Assembly (NCBI GenBank): GCA_900545665.1
Contig: UQZU01000009.1
Span: 1,476-65,475 of the forward strand
Direction of reading: 5' to 3'
Length of the DNA stretch: 64,000 nt
Origin: an uncultured Collinsella sp.
GTDB taxonomy: Bacteria; Actinomycetota; Coriobacteriia; Coriobacteriales; Coriobacteriaceae
Shown: positions 47,509-58,992 of the stretch, one piece after another
How positions within the stretch are numbered: the stretch's first letter is position 1
Layout: each line of letters begins with the position of its first letter
Made by a program: the position numbers and the translations under genes
Notes under the pieces: model-generated
The model's input: the letters and a program-made list of their open reading frames with translations, nothing else
Databases searched by the model: none
What the model was told of the DNA's origin: nothing

Positions 47509-48609
47509 ATGCACAACAAGCGCGTGCTCGTCGCTATGAGCGGCGGCGTCGATTCCAGCGTGACCGCGTACCTGCTCAAAAGCCAGGGCTACGAATGCGT
47601 CGGCGCCACCATGCGCCTCACCTGCCCCGCGCCCGATCCCGCCACGGGCATGAGTAAGGTCGACCGCGACATCGCCGATGCGAAGGCCGTCGCCGAGCGT
47701 CTGGGGATACCCCACCATGTGCTCGACTTGCAGCAGACCTTCGACCACAGCGTTATCGAGCGCTTTGTGAACGCCTACCAGGAGGGGCTGACGCCCAACC
47801 CGTGCATCATCTGCAACCGCCACATAAAGTTTGGCGCGTTGCTCGGTGCGGCGCTGGACATGGGCTGCGACTACATCGCAACGGGTCATTACGCCAAAAC
47901 AAGCCAGACAGTAGACGGCACCTGGCAGCTGCATCGCGGCGAAGATCCCAAAAAGGACCAGAGCTACTTTTTATATTCGCTTACGCAGGAGCGCCTGGCG
48001 CACACGATCTTTCCGCTGGCAGGCCTAGACAAAGAGCGCGACGTGCGCCGCATAGCCGCCGAGCAAGGCTTTACCAACGCCCAGAAGGCCGAAAGCGAGG
48101 ACATCTGCTTTATTCCAGACGGTGACTACGCGGGCTATATCGAGCGCCGCTGCGGACATCCCGCTGCACCGGGCGACATTGTGTGGCGCGACGGCAGCGT
48201 GGTCGGACGCCATAACGGCGCGTTGCGCTATACCATCGGCCAGCGCAAGGGCTTGGGCGTCGCGATGGCGCATCCCGTGTATGTGACGGGCGTCGATGCC
48301 GCCAACAACACCGTGCATCTGGGCGAGGCCGAGGACCTAACGGCCACAGCACTCACGGCCGACGACTGGATCTGGAGCGCCCCTGCCGACCGCATGGAGG
48401 CAGAACTCGATGCCGGCGGCATTCGCGTGGGCGCCAAGTACCGTTACCGTCAGAAAGACCAAGCAGCGACCCTTACGCGCGGCGAAGACGGGCAAATGCT
48501 GCTGACTTTTGACGAGCCGCAGCGAGCCATCGCCCCCGGCCAGGCCGTTGTAGTCTACCACGGCGACATCGTCCTCGGCGGCGGCACGGTGACCGGCGCG
48601 CTTAAGTAG
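47509..48609 (+). CDS. mnmA: tRNA 2-thiouridine(34) synthase
   Basis: VLVAMSGGVDSSV PP-loop, NPCIICNRHIKF and DQSYFLY. AAGGAGAA RBS. Confidence 0.95.
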   Translation: MHNKRVLVAMSGGVDSSVTAYLLKSQGYECVGATMRLTCPAPDPATGMSKVDRDIADAKAVAERLGIPHHVLDLQQTFDHSVIERFVNAYQEGLTPNPCIICNRHIKFGALLGAALDMGCDYIATGHYAKTSQTVDGTWQLHRGEDPKKDQSYFLYSLTQERLAHTIFPLAGLDKERDVRRIAAEQGFTNAQKAESEDICFIPDGDYAGYIERRCGHPAAPGDIVWRDGSVVGRHNGALRYTIGQRKGLGVAMAHPVYVTGVDAANNTVHLGEAEDLTATALTADDWIWSAPADRMEAELDAGGIRVGAKYRYRQKDQAATLTRGEDGQMLLTFDEPQRAIAPGQAVVVYHGDIVLGGGTVTGALK

Positions 48610-48627
48610 CCCCATCCCCTTCATAAA

Positions 48628-48690
48628 TTGCGGTGAAATAGGGACTGTTTAAGCGTTTAAAACCGCCAAACAGTCCCTATTTCACCGCAA
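48628..48690. repeat. 63-bp palindromic intergenic element, copy B
   Basis: TTGCGGTGAAATAGGGACTGTTT ... AAACAGTCCCTATTTCACCGCAA, a 23-bp perfect stem with a 17-nt loop. Located between convergent mnmA and the M42 peptidase gene. Confidence 0.85.
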
Positions 48691-48745
48691 CTTAGAGAGG
48701 ACGGCCTCGGTCGGTACTGCCGTATCAGCCGAGGCCGCTGCATCG

Positions 48746-49789
48746 CTAGCGCTGTACGTAGGCGCGGACGAGCTCGAAGGTGTTGCGCACGCCGTCCATG
48801 TGGCTACGCTCGTAGTTGTGGCTCGCATACACGCCGGGGCCGATCAGACCATGGCGAATGTCGTAGCCGGCAGAGAGCGTGGCTTCGACGTCCGAACCGT
48901 AATGCGGATACACGTCGATAGCGTAATCGAGCTCAAGCTCGCGCGCGATATTGGATAGCGCCGTCACCAGGTCGTAGTTGTACGGACCGCCCGAATCCTT
49001 GGCGCAGATCGACACCATGTGCTCGGTGCAGCCTAGGTCGTCGCCCACGCAGCCCATGTCAACGCTGATCATCTCGCGCGTGTCGGCCGGCACGAAGGCG
49101 CCGCCGTGGCCCACCTCCTCGTACACGGTAAAGAGCAGCGAAACCTTACGCGAAAGCGTCACCTCGCCAGCGGCGACGGCACGCGCCAAGCCCAACAAAA
49201 TGGCGGCCGATAGCTTGTCATCCAGGAAGCGGCTCTTAATGTAGCCGCTCTCCGTCACCGTCGTGCGAGGATCCATAGCGATGATGTCGCCGGTCTGAAT
49301 ACCCAGCTCGAGCACATCGTCCTTGCTGTCGACGTTCTCGTCGAGCAAGATCTCCATGTTCTTCTCGATGGTCTTGACCGGCTCGTCGGCCACGTGCGCC
49401 GAAGGCTCGGTGTTAAGAACCACGCCCGTGTAGACATTGCCGTCGCGCGTGTAGACGGTGCAGTTCTCGCCATCGGCCGTAGACCACTGATGCCCACCGA
49501 GCGTCGTGGGGCGCAGGCGGCCATTGTCCTTAATGGAACGCACCATGGCGCCTAGGGTATCGACATGGCTCGCCAGTACGAGCGGCTCGCCCTCGCCGCC
49601 AAGCTCAACGAGCACGTTACCCTTATTAGAACGCTCAGGCCCAAACCCCATATCGCGCAGGGTCTCCATCAGATAATCAGTCGCCGCACGGGTATAGCCG
49701 GTAGGGGAGGCAATAGAAGTCAGCGTCTTAAGCTGTCCTGCGATATAGGAGAGCGTCTCCTCTAGAGAAGCATCAATATTAGAAGTCAT
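48746..49789 (-). CDS. M42 family metallopeptidase (aminopeptidase-like)
   Basis: LVLASHVDTLGAMV, GDIIAMDPR, FTVYEEVGHGGA and AKDSGGPY. ATG 49789 has GGAAGG 6 nt upstream; ATG 49795 abuts the RBS. Confidence 0.85.
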   Translation of the reverse strand: MTSNIDASLEETLSYIAGQLKTLTSIASPTGYTRAATDYLMETLRDMGFGPERSNKGNVLVELGGEGEPLVLASHVDTLGAMVRSIKDNGRLRPTTLGGHQWSTADGENCTVYTRDGNVYTGVVLNTEPSAHVADEPVKTIEKNMEILLDENVDSKDDVLELGIQTGDIIAMDPRTTVTESGYIKSRFLDDKLSAAILLGLARAVAAGEVTLSRKVSLLFTVYEEVGHGGAFVPADTREMISVDMGCVGDDLGCTEHMVSICAKDSGGPYNYDLVTALSNIARELELDYAIDVYPHYGSDVEATLSAGYDIRHGLIGPGVYASHNYERSHMDGVRNTFELVRAYVQR

Positions 49790-50306
49790 ATGCATCCTTC
49801 CAAGTAAAACTAAGACCGAGTCCCGATTTTAACCGTTCTGCACGTGCAATGCCCCAGGAGCCGAGCCGCCTCCAGACGTCCCCGCACCGGTTTTGTGCAC
49901 GTGCACGGTTTACAATCTCAATCTTGCATAAATCCTATTGGTATTTGCATAGAAATGAGGCATCTTTTTGCTTCGTCTCAGGGTGCCCCACCTTGGACCG
50001 TGCAAAAAACGGAGTATTCAGCACCGTGGGCCCCAACGGCCCCATCACGAACGACAAAACGACGCGGTTACAGCAGTGTTGCAGGTCGTCGCAAAGCAGA
50101 AACTCAGTAACAACCCCCTCCACTCATCGATAGCCCGCCCACAATGGCTGTCGATGGGCGCCTGCGGATCACTACCGCCCATTCACAACGTTATGCATTT
50201 TTAAGAGCTTGTTGAATACTCCCAAAAATGCACGCAGGGAAGTGCACCACCTATCCGCAGCGGGCAGTACGCCTTGGTTTTGTCCGTCTCAGGGCATCGA
50301 CGCAGC

Positions 50307-50340
50307 ACAAAAAGCCCCGCCGTGCGTAGCACGGCGGGGC
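50307..50340 (-). terminator. Intrinsic terminator of the fucO-like gene
   Basis: The minus strand reads GCCCCGCCGTG-ctacg-CACGGCGGGGC followed by TTTTTGTGC. Confidence 0.85.
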
Positions 50341-50393
50341 CAGCGGCACGTCAAAAGACCATACACCTACGGGCGAAGGACCACCAAACTGGG

Positions 50394-51560
50394 CTAGGCA
50401 GCCGGGCAGATCTTCTTGAAGAGCTCGATGACGTCGTCGAGCGTTGCCTCGCGCGGGTTACCCGGGAAGCAGGCGTCGGCCATGGCGTCCTTGGCCAGGA
50501 CCTCGATCTCGTCAGCCTTCATGGCCTCACAGACGTGCGGGATGTTCACGTCGGCGGAAAGCTGCTTGACGGCGGCGATGGCGGCATCGGCGGCCTCGGC
50601 GGTGCTCATGCCCGTGGTGTCAACGCCCATGGCGACGGCAACCTTGGCCAGGCGCTCAGCGCAAACCGGCTTGTTGAACTCCATGGCGATCGGCAGCAGC
50701 ATGGCGCAAGCGACGCCGTGCGGGGTGTCGTAGTGAGCGGACAGGGTGTGAGCCATGGCGTGGTCGATGCCCAGGCCAACATTGGAGAAGCCCATGCCGG
50801 CGACATACTGACCAAGAGCCATGCCCTCACGGCCGGAGCCGGGCTGGCCGGACTTGGCCTCGGCGACGGAGTCGCGCAGGTTCTCGCTGATCAGCTTAAT
50901 GGCCTCAAAGTGGAACATGTCGGAAAGCTCCCAGGCGCCCTTGGTGGTGTAGCCCTCGATGGCGTGGGTCAGTGCGTCCATGCCAGTGGAAGCGGTCAGG
51001 CCGGCGGGCATGGAGGCCATCATGTCGGGATCGACGACGGCGACCTCGGGGGCGTCGTTGGTGTCGACGCACACGAACTTGCGGACCTTCTCGGGGTCGG
51101 TGATGACGTAGTTGATGGTCACCTCGGCGGCGGTACCGGCGGTCGTCGGCACAGCGATGGTGAACACGGCGTGGTTCTTAGTGGGAGCAACGCCCTCGAG
51201 GCTGCGGACATCGGCGAACTCGGGGTTGTTGATAATAATGCCGATGGCCTTAGCAGTGTCCATGGAGGAGCCGCCACCGATGGTCACGATAGCGTCAGCC
51301 TCGGCGGCCTTGAAGGCCTCGACGCCGTCCTTGACGTTCTGGATAGTGGGGTTGGGCTTGATCTCGGAGTAGAGGCTCCAGGCGATGCCGGCGGCGTCGA
51401 GCTCGTCGGTCACCTTGGCGGTAACGCCAAACTTGACCAGATCGGGATCGGAGCAGACGAAGATCTTCTTGTAGCCGCGACGCTGGAGCTCGCCGGGAAT
51501 CTCCTTGATGGCGCCGGAACCATGATAAGAGATGGTATTGAGAACGAAACGATTAGCCAT
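50394..51560 (-). CDS. fucO: Iron-containing alcohol dehydrogenase, lactaldehyde reductase-like
   Basis: Collinear with my recollection of E. coli FucO along the whole length (NNPEFADVRSLEG, PTTAGTAAEVTINYVITD, ALGQYVAGMGFSNVGLG, GNPREATLDD). GGGAGG RBS before ATG 51560. Confidence 0.85.
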   Translation of the reverse strand: MANRFVLNTISYHGSGAIKEIPGELQRRGYKKIFVCSDPDLVKFGVTAKVTDELDAAGIAWSLYSEIKPNPTIQNVKDGVEAFKAAEADAIVTIGGGSSMDTAKAIGIIINNPEFADVRSLEGVAPTKNHAVFTIAVPTTAGTAAEVTINYVITDPEKVRKFVCVDTNDAPEVAVVDPDMMASMPAGLTASTGMDALTHAIEGYTTKGAWELSDMFHFEAIKLISENLRDSVAEAKSGQPGSGREGMALGQYVAGMGFSNVGLGIDHAMAHTLSAHYDTPHGVACAMLLPIAMEFNKPVCAERLAKVAVAMGVDTTGMSTAEAADAAIAAVKQLSADVNIPHVCEAMKADEIEVLAKDAMADACFPGNPREATLDDVIELFKKICPAA

Positions 51561-51682
51561 TGATAGCCTCCCATCGTGTGCGGGGCACCCATTACGCCCC
51601 ACGCTATGAGTCCCATCCTAACGCTTTTGAAACAAAAAAGCGTGAGAACGTCAAAATTGTTAAAGCGTTTCAACAGATGATG

Positions 51683-51718
51683 AAAAATATTGCGGCAAAG
51701 GGACAGCCCCTTTGCCGC
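51683..51718 (-). terminator. Intrinsic terminator of the yoaK-like gene
   Basis: The minus strand reads GCGGCAAAGGG-gctgt-CCCTTTGCCGC followed by AATATTTTT. Confidence 0.8.
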
Positions 51719-51724
51719 ATTCGG

Positions 51725-52441
51725 TTACTTTCGGCAGCCCTCTTTCCAAGCCTCGGCCGCAACCTTCCAGCGTAAGCGCAAGTCGCGCTCGCGGTCGATG
51801 AACATGATGGCAAACGCGACAAACAGCAGCAAGCTCGCCACGACGATGGCGTGCAGGCCCATGCGCTCAATACACCAGTTGCCCAACACGGCGCCAAACA
51901 CAAAGGTAAAGATCACGCCAAAGTACAGCAGGCCGTTTTCCAAAAAGCCGCGCCTGTGGGTGATGATGTAATCGTCCACGTTTTGCAGCGCGTTGCGCAA
52001 GTTGCCGATGCACATGGTCGTAGCGATACCGTGACCGTGAATCTTGCGGAAGCTCTCGACCTGCATACCGCAGGCAAACGAAGTGAGGCAGTTGGCGAGC
52101 AGGTTGTAACCGCCACCGGGGATAAAGCTCACGCCCAGCAAGATGACGGCTTCAAAAAACACCGTCACCTGGCGCCAGTGAATCACGCTGCCGAACCGCT
52201 CGTGAACCAGGTCGGCAAGCATAATGCCCACGGCAAACGACACCACGGGGAAGAAATAGCGTCCCGCCAGCTGCCAGTTGCCCTCCGAGATGCTTACACC
52301 CACGAGCAGGATGTTGCCCGTCTGCGCGTTGGCGAAAACATGGTCGCGCCCAATGTACGAATACACGTCCATAAAGCCACCGGCGAGCGCCAAGATGATG
52401 CCCAGCTCAATAGACTCCGATATCTGTTTGGCACGCTGCAT
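51725..52441 (-). CDS. YoaK/DUF1275 family membrane protein
   Basis: GGFMDVYSYIGRDHVFANAQTGN and multiple TM segments. AAGGAGGA upstream of ATG 52441. Confidence 0.8.
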   Translation of the reverse strand: MQRAKQISESIELGIILALAGGFMDVYSYIGRDHVFANAQTGNILLVGVSISEGNWQLAGRYFFPVVSFAVGIMLADLVHERFGSVIHWRQVTVFFEAVILLGVSFIPGGGYNLLANCLTSFACGMQVESFRKIHGHGIATTMCIGNLRNALQNVDDYIITHRRGFLENGLLYFGVIFTFVFGAVLGNWCIERMGLHAIVVASLLLFVAFAIMFIDRERDLRLRWKVAAEAWKEGCRK

Positions 52442-52637
52442 CGTCGTGCATCCTCCTTGTTGACGACTCTCTCGTGCGTTGGCGGAAACATAACCGCCGT
52501 TCATACTGTAACCCATTGACAACATGGCGTGCGCGCGAGACGGGTTCTCCAACGCGCAGATACACAGTCTGGAAACAAACAGCGGGCGCGGCGCCGGCAC
52601 CCGCATCGACACGCCGATCCGCCGGCTCGTGTACTCC

Positions 52638-52672
52638 ACCAGTCTTTTTAGCCCCGTCCCAAAAAGACTGGT
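52638..52672. repeat. Perfect 12-bp hairpin presenting AGCCCCGTCCC in its loop
   Basis: ACCAGTCTTTTT-agccccgtccc-AAAAAGACTGGT, immediately followed by TACAAT. Lies in the divergent yoaK/ygiQ intergenic region. Confidence 0.7.
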
Positions 52673-52709
52673 TACAATTACGTGCAGCATACAGACACCG
52701 GGAGGGATC

Positions 52710-54851
52710 GTGGCAAAAAAGCCTCAGCACGCTCAGAACAACCAGCGCAGTCAGCAGGGCAAACAGGGCCAGCAGCAAAAGCGCGGCGGCAAGGCGCAGG
52801 CCACGGTCGCCCGCACCAAGCATTCCCAAGCGACGCCCGCCCGCCCCTGGCGCCCGGGCCGCGATAAATTCCTCCCCGTCAGTCGAGCCGACATGGATGC
52901 ACGCGGCTGGGACCAGTGCGACTTTGTCTACATCTGCGGCGACGCCTATGTGGACCATCCCAGCTTTGGCATGGCCATCATCAGCCGCGTCCTCGACGCG
53001 CACGGCTACAAAGTGGGCATCATCTGCCAACCCGACTGGACCGACCCCACCAGCATCACCGTGCTCGGCGAGCCGCGCCTGGGCTTTCTCGTCAGTGCCG
53101 GCAACATGGACTCCATGGTCAACCACTATTCGGTGACCAAGCACCGCCGCCGCACCGACGCCTATACCCCCGGTGGCGAGGAGGGGCGCCGTCCCAACCG
53201 AGCCGTCACGGTCTACGGCAACCTCATCCGCCAGACGTTTAAGGACGCCCCCATCATTATCGGTGGCATCGAGGCAAGCCTGCGTCGCCTGGCCCACTAC
53301 GACTACTGGCAGGACAAGCTCAAGCGCTCGGTGCTGCTCGACTCGGGCGCCGACATCCTCATCTACGGCATGGGCGAGCACGCGATTGTCGAGATCGCCG
53401 ACGCGCTCGACGCGGGGCTGCCCGTCGATCAGATCACCTATATCAACGGCACCGTTTACCGCACGGGTTCGCTCGACGAGGTCTACGACTACGACCTGCT
53501 GCCCAGCTGGGACGACCTTGCCGCTGACAAGCTCAACTACGCCCGCAGCTTTAACGTGCAGCAGCAAAATATGGACCCTATCACCGGCCATCGCTTGGTA
53601 GAGCCATATCCCAACAGCGTGTACGTGGTGCAGAACCCGCCGTCGGCAACACTCACCACCGACGAGATGGACGAGGTTGCCGAACTCCCCTACGCACGCG
53701 ATTGGCATCCCGACTACGACGCGGCGGGCGGCGTGCCAGCCTTTGCCGAGATCAAGTTTTCCATTAGCTCCAACCGCGGCTGTTTTGGCGAGTGCTCGTT
53801 TTGCGCCCTTACCTTCCACCAGGGCCGCGTGTTGCAGATGCGCAGCCACGACTCGATCATGCGCGAGGCCGAGCTGCTCACGCGCGATCCCGAGTTTAAG
53901 GGCTACATCAACGACGTGGGCGGACCGACGGCCAACTTTAGCCGCCCTGCCTGCGACAAACAGCTCAAGCACGGCGTGTGCAAGAACAAGCGCTGCCTGT
54001 GGCCGAGCGTATGCAAGAACATGGTGGTCGACGAAAGCGGCTACACGCAGCTGCTGCGCGACCTGCGTCAGCTGCCGGGCGTCAAAAAGGTCTTCGTCCG
54101 CAGCGGCATCCGTTTTGACTACACCATGGCCGATGCCTCGGACGAGTTTTTGCGCGAGCTACTGGAGCATCATGTCTCGGGCCAGCTCCGCGTGGCACCC
54201 GAGCACGTGAGCGATGCGGTGCTGAGTGTGATGGGCAAGCCGAGCCGAGCCGTCTACGACGCGTTCTGCCGTAAATTTGAACGCTTGAACCGCGAATACG
54301 GACTCAAGCAGTACGTGGTGCCGTATCTGATCTCGAGCCACCCCGGATCGACCATGAAGGAAGCCGTGGACCTTGCCGAAGCCGTGCGCGACATGGGCTA
54401 CATGCCCGAGCAGGTGCAGGACTTCTACCCCACGCCGTCCACCATGTCGACCTGCATGTACTACACTGGCGTGGATCCGCGCACCATGCAGCCGATCTAC
54501 GTGGCGCGCGACCCACACGAAAAGGCCATGCAGCGTGCGCTCATCCAGTATCGCAAGCCCGAGAACTACAAGCTGGTACGCGAGGCGCTGGAAAAGGCTG
54601 GCCGTCGCGACCTGATCGGCTACACCAAGCATTGCCTGATTCGCCCCGTGCCGCCACGCCCGGGCGAGACATCTGCCGGCGGCGGGCATGGCACCGGCAA
54701 GAAGGGCGGCAAGGCCCACGGTGGCGCCGCCGGCAAGGGGCCCAAGGGCAGCAAGGGTCACGGCGGTATGTCCCGCGCGCAGAACACTGCCGGTCGCAAT
54801 CGCGCGGCACAGGGGCGTCAGGGCGCCAACGGAGGCGGCAGACGCAACTAG
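52710..54851 (+). CDS. ygiQ: YgiQ family radical SAM protein
   Basis: GTG 52710 has GGGAGGG 4 nt upstream. FVYICGDAYVDHPSFGMAIISRVL, CFGECSFCALTFHQG and a basic G/K-rich tail. Confidence 0.9.
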   Translation: MAKKPQHAQNNQRSQQGKQGQQQKRGGKAQATVARTKHSQATPARPWRPGRDKFLPVSRADMDARGWDQCDFVYICGDAYVDHPSFGMAIISRVLDAHGYKVGIICQPDWTDPTSITVLGEPRLGFLVSAGNMDSMVNHYSVTKHRRRTDAYTPGGEEGRRPNRAVTVYGNLIRQTFKDAPIIIGGIEASLRRLAHYDYWQDKLKRSVLLDSGADILIYGMGEHAIVEIADALDAGLPVDQITYINGTVYRTGSLDEVYDYDLLPSWDDLAADKLNYARSFNVQQQNMDPITGHRLVEPYPNSVYVVQNPPSATLTTDEMDEVAELPYARDWHPDYDAAGGVPAFAEIKFSISSNRGCFGECSFCALTFHQGRVLQMRSHDSIMREAELLTRDPEFKGYINDVGGPTANFSRPACDKQLKHGVCKNKRCLWPSVCKNMVVDESGYTQLLRDLRQLPGVKKVFVRSGIRFDYTMADASDEFLRELLEHHVSGQLRVAPEHVSDAVLSVMGKPSRAVYDAFCRKFERLNREYGLKQYVVPYLISSHPGSTMKEAVDLAEAVRDMGYMPEQVQDFYPTPSTMSTCMYYTGVDPRTMQPIYVARDPHEKAMQRALIQYRKPENYKLVREALEKAGRRDLIGYTKHCLIRPVPPRPGETSAGGGHGTGKKGGKAHGGAAGKGPKGSKGHGGMSRAQNTAGRNRAAQGRQGANGGGRRN

Positions 54852-54897
54852 CGCGGCGAGGCGGCATGCCGCCGTTGGCGACACGACACGCCCCACC

Positions 54898-54948
54898 AAT
54901 AAAATGCCGCTCGCCGGGGCGTCGCAGAACGATTCCCCGGCGAGCGGC
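54898..54948 (-). terminator. Terminator between convergent ygiQ and the PTS operon (T-tract on the minus strand)
   Basis: 14-bp stem GCCGCTCGCCGGGG / CCCCGGCGAGCGGC. On the minus strand it is followed by ATTTTATT. Confidence 0.75.
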
Positions 54949-54977
54949 CGATTAATATTGTCTATCTCAAAACGTCG

Positions 54978-56348
54978 TTACTTTTTGTCGAAACGACCAT
55001 AGAGCGCAAACGAGAGCGCCGCAGAGATAACCCAAGTCAAAGCGATGCAGACGACAATCATGATCAGGTTCATGGGATTGCCGCTTGGATCGGCATAAAC
55101 GGGCAACGAGGTAATGCCGGGCATAACAAAGCCGAAGCACTTAGCGCCCAGAACAACGGTGAGCGCACCGCCAATACCATCCGCGATCATCGCAGCGATA
55201 AGCGGAGTCCTGTTAGGAACCTGAACGGTAAACAAGGCGGGCTCGGAAATTCCCATAAATGCTGAGAAGGCGCGCGTCATTGCAGCGGACTTGAGCTTTT
55301 CGTCGGTCATGCGCAGGGCCGCACCAAAAGACGCACCGCTTTCGGCGAGGTTATGGCAGAAAGAGATCGGGAGCAGATAGTCATACCCAAGCGTTGCGAT
55401 ATTGGAAATCTGGATAGGGCTCGTTGACTGATGCATGCCGAAGAGCACGATAAGCGGCATAAAGAAGCCCAGCAGAAAACCGGCAACGGGGCCCAACGTC
55501 GAGAATAGCCAAACGATACCGTTGGCGAGACCAAGACCGCACCAGGCACCAATCGGAGCGAGCACAAACAGGTTGACCGGAATCACGATAGCAAGGGAGA
55601 GTGCCGGGACGACAACGAGCTTAAAAAGATCCGGCACGACCTTGTCGATTGCGCGATATACAAAGGACAAGCCAATGACGCCAAAGATGACCGGGAACAC
55701 GGAATCGGCGTAGCTAAAAAGCGGCACCGCAAAACCGAACAGCGCAAGGGGCGTCTCGCCCGTACCGACAGCGTTGACAATGGTCGGGTACATCAGCGAT
55801 CCGGCAACACAAAGCGCAAGCGAACGGTTGACCCGGAACTTATCAGCTGTAGACATTGCCAGCAAAAACGGCAAGAAGTAGAACGGGATATCCGAAATCA
55901 TATTGAATATCGCAAAGTCGCCGGCACCCGTGTCGATTCCAAAAGCCGCGATAGCAGCCAGGATGCCCTTTACGATGCCTCCCGCCACCAGTGCGGGAAT
56001 GATAGCGGAGAAGATGCCGGTGATGATATCGAATACGCGAGCCGAACCTTTTTGGAGCTCAGGCTGCTCGGCGTCGGCGGAGACCTCGCCACCCATCCTG
56101 TCACCTAGCATGGGCTCCAATTCGTCATATACCGACCCCACGCTGGCGCCGATGATAACTTGCCACTGCCCGTCTTTAACCTGCGCGCCCAAGGCGCCGT
56201 CAAGCGTCTTAAGGGCCTCCAGGTCTGCCTTGCTATCGTCCTTCAGGTTGAATCTGAGCCTTGTAATGCAGTGCGTTGCCATAACAACGTTATCGGCGCC
56301 GCCCACGAGCTCGAGGACGCGAGCGGCCAGTTCCTTCTTGTCTGCCAC
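54978..56348 (-). CDS. PTS beta-glucoside-family transporter subunit EIIBC
   Basis: EIIB active site ATHCITRLRF and a multi-TM EIIC domain. GTG 56348 has AGGAG 8 nt upstream; the track start at 56357 is less likely. No EIIA domain. Confidence 0.88.
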   Translation of the reverse strand: MADKKELAARVLELVGGADNVVMATHCITRLRFNLKDDSKADLEALKTLDGALGAQVKDGQWQVIIGASVGSVYDELEPMLGDRMGGEVSADAEQPELQKGSARVFDIITGIFSAIIPALVAGGIVKGILAAIAAFGIDTGAGDFAIFNMISDIPFYFLPFLLAMSTADKFRVNRSLALCVAGSLMYPTIVNAVGTGETPLALFGFAVPLFSYADSVFPVIFGVIGLSFVYRAIDKVVPDLFKLVVVPALSLAIVIPVNLFVLAPIGAWCGLGLANGIVWLFSTLGPVAGFLLGFFMPLIVLFGMHQSTSPIQISNIATLGYDYLLPISFCHNLAESGASFGAALRMTDEKLKSAAMTRAFSAFMGISEPALFTVQVPNRTPLIAAMIADGIGGALTVVLGAKCFGFVMPGITSLPVYADPSGNPMNLIMIVVCIALTWVISAALSFALYGRFDKK

Positions 56349-56359
56349 GACAATCACTC

Positions 56360-57952
<1,593 letters not shown>

Positions 57953-57991
57953 TTAAGGCATCGATTCTACCGTTCACCCCTGGAGCACCCC

Positions 57992-58984
57992 ATGGATTCG
58001 AATCTCAAACAGCTGCTCTATACGCATACCGAGACCGAAGAGTGGCATCGCGCACATCCGGGAGAGCTCAGCCCGCGATATAACAGGGTGGAAACCACAA
58101 CCATTAACGGCGAAGAGGTCTATCTGTTTGATTGGAAAGAAACTCTCGACGAAAACCCCGTGGGCCTTATCAAGGAATCGCGCTTTACCGATATTCCTCC
58201 TCATATCAATCGGGATATGGAGCTTAACTACGTGTACGACGGCGTCTGCACGTTTATCGTCAACGGACGGCGACTACTCCTTAAAAAGGGCGACGTGCTC
58301 ATTTGCAACACCGGCGTAGTCAGAAGCGTTCCATACGTTAAGGGCGAGCATGATATCGTCATTTCGATCGTCTTCAAAAAAGAAATGTTCGATTCGTTGT
58401 TCCTGAGCCAGCTACCCGGCGCGTCACCATTAACGAATCTTCTATTTGATTTTGTGTCCAAAAACCGCGAGGCCCGAAAATATCTCATTCTTCCAGAGGA
58501 ATACGCCCGACATGCGCGACGCCTCATCGAGATGCTCTTTATCGAATATCACTTTAAAGATGCCTATTCCAATGAACTCATGAGGCACCTCGCCGTCAGC
58601 CTATTCCTTGTTCTCATTCGAGGACTGTACCGACGCTCCGCAACTGATAACCAGGCGATCATGTCGGACGAACGCATCGTGTCGATTCTGAATCATATTG
58701 AGCGAAGCTACGGCGACTGCACACTCGAAAGCATTGCGAGCGATACGGGTTATAGCACCAGCTATCTCAGCAGCTTGATCAAGCAAAAAACCGGCAAAAC
58801 GTTTTCGCAAATCAAGCTCAACCAGCAGCTCACAGAGGCGGCATATCTTCTCAATAACACCGAGCGCAGCGTGCAGTATGTAGCCCGAAAAGTCGGCATC
58901 TCCAACATGTCATTCTTTTACTCAAAATTCAAAGAAGCATTCGGCGAAACGCCAGGTGCGTTCAGGACGCATCGGTCTAATTAA
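57992..58984 (+). CDS. AraC family transcriptional regulator (cupin plus HTH)
   Basis: C-terminal AraC HTH (SIASDTGYSTSYLSSLIKQKTGKTFSQ ... ISNMSFFYSKFKEAFGETPGAFR). Divergent from the GH1-PTS operon. Confidence 0.9.
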   Translation: MDSNLKQLLYTHTETEEWHRAHPGELSPRYNRVETTTINGEEVYLFDWKETLDENPVGLIKESRFTDIPPHINRDMELNYVYDGVCTFIVNGRRLLLKKGDVLICNTGVVRSVPYVKGEHDIVISIVFKKEMFDSLFLSQLPGASPLTNLLFDFVSKNREARKYLILPEEYARHARRLIEMLFIEYHFKDAYSNELMRHLAVSLFLVLIRGLYRRSATDNQAIMSDERIVSILNHIERSYGDCTLESIASDTGYSTSYLSSLIKQKTGKTFSQIKLNQQLTEAAYLLNNTERSVQYVARKVGISNMSFFYSKFKEAFGETPGAFRTHRSN

Positions 58985-58992
58985 AGGCGTTA

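Noticed and set aside
46279-47934. 551-aa minus-strand ORF
   Set aside because: It is antisense to cysK and mnmA and spans their terminator. Composition is G/A/V/H-rich with no motifs.
49972-50294. 10-mer CGTCTCAGGG occurring twice in the long intergenic gap
   Set aside because: Exact 10-mer pairs are expected many times by chance in 64 kb, and the flanks show no similarity.
50274-51563. 429-aa plus-strand ORF
   Set aside because: It is antisense to the fucO-like gene, which appears near-collinear with E. coli FucO as I recall that sequence.
52407-53972. 521-aa minus-strand ORF
   Set aside because: It is antisense to ygiQ and overlaps the yoaK start region. No motifs or RBS are present.
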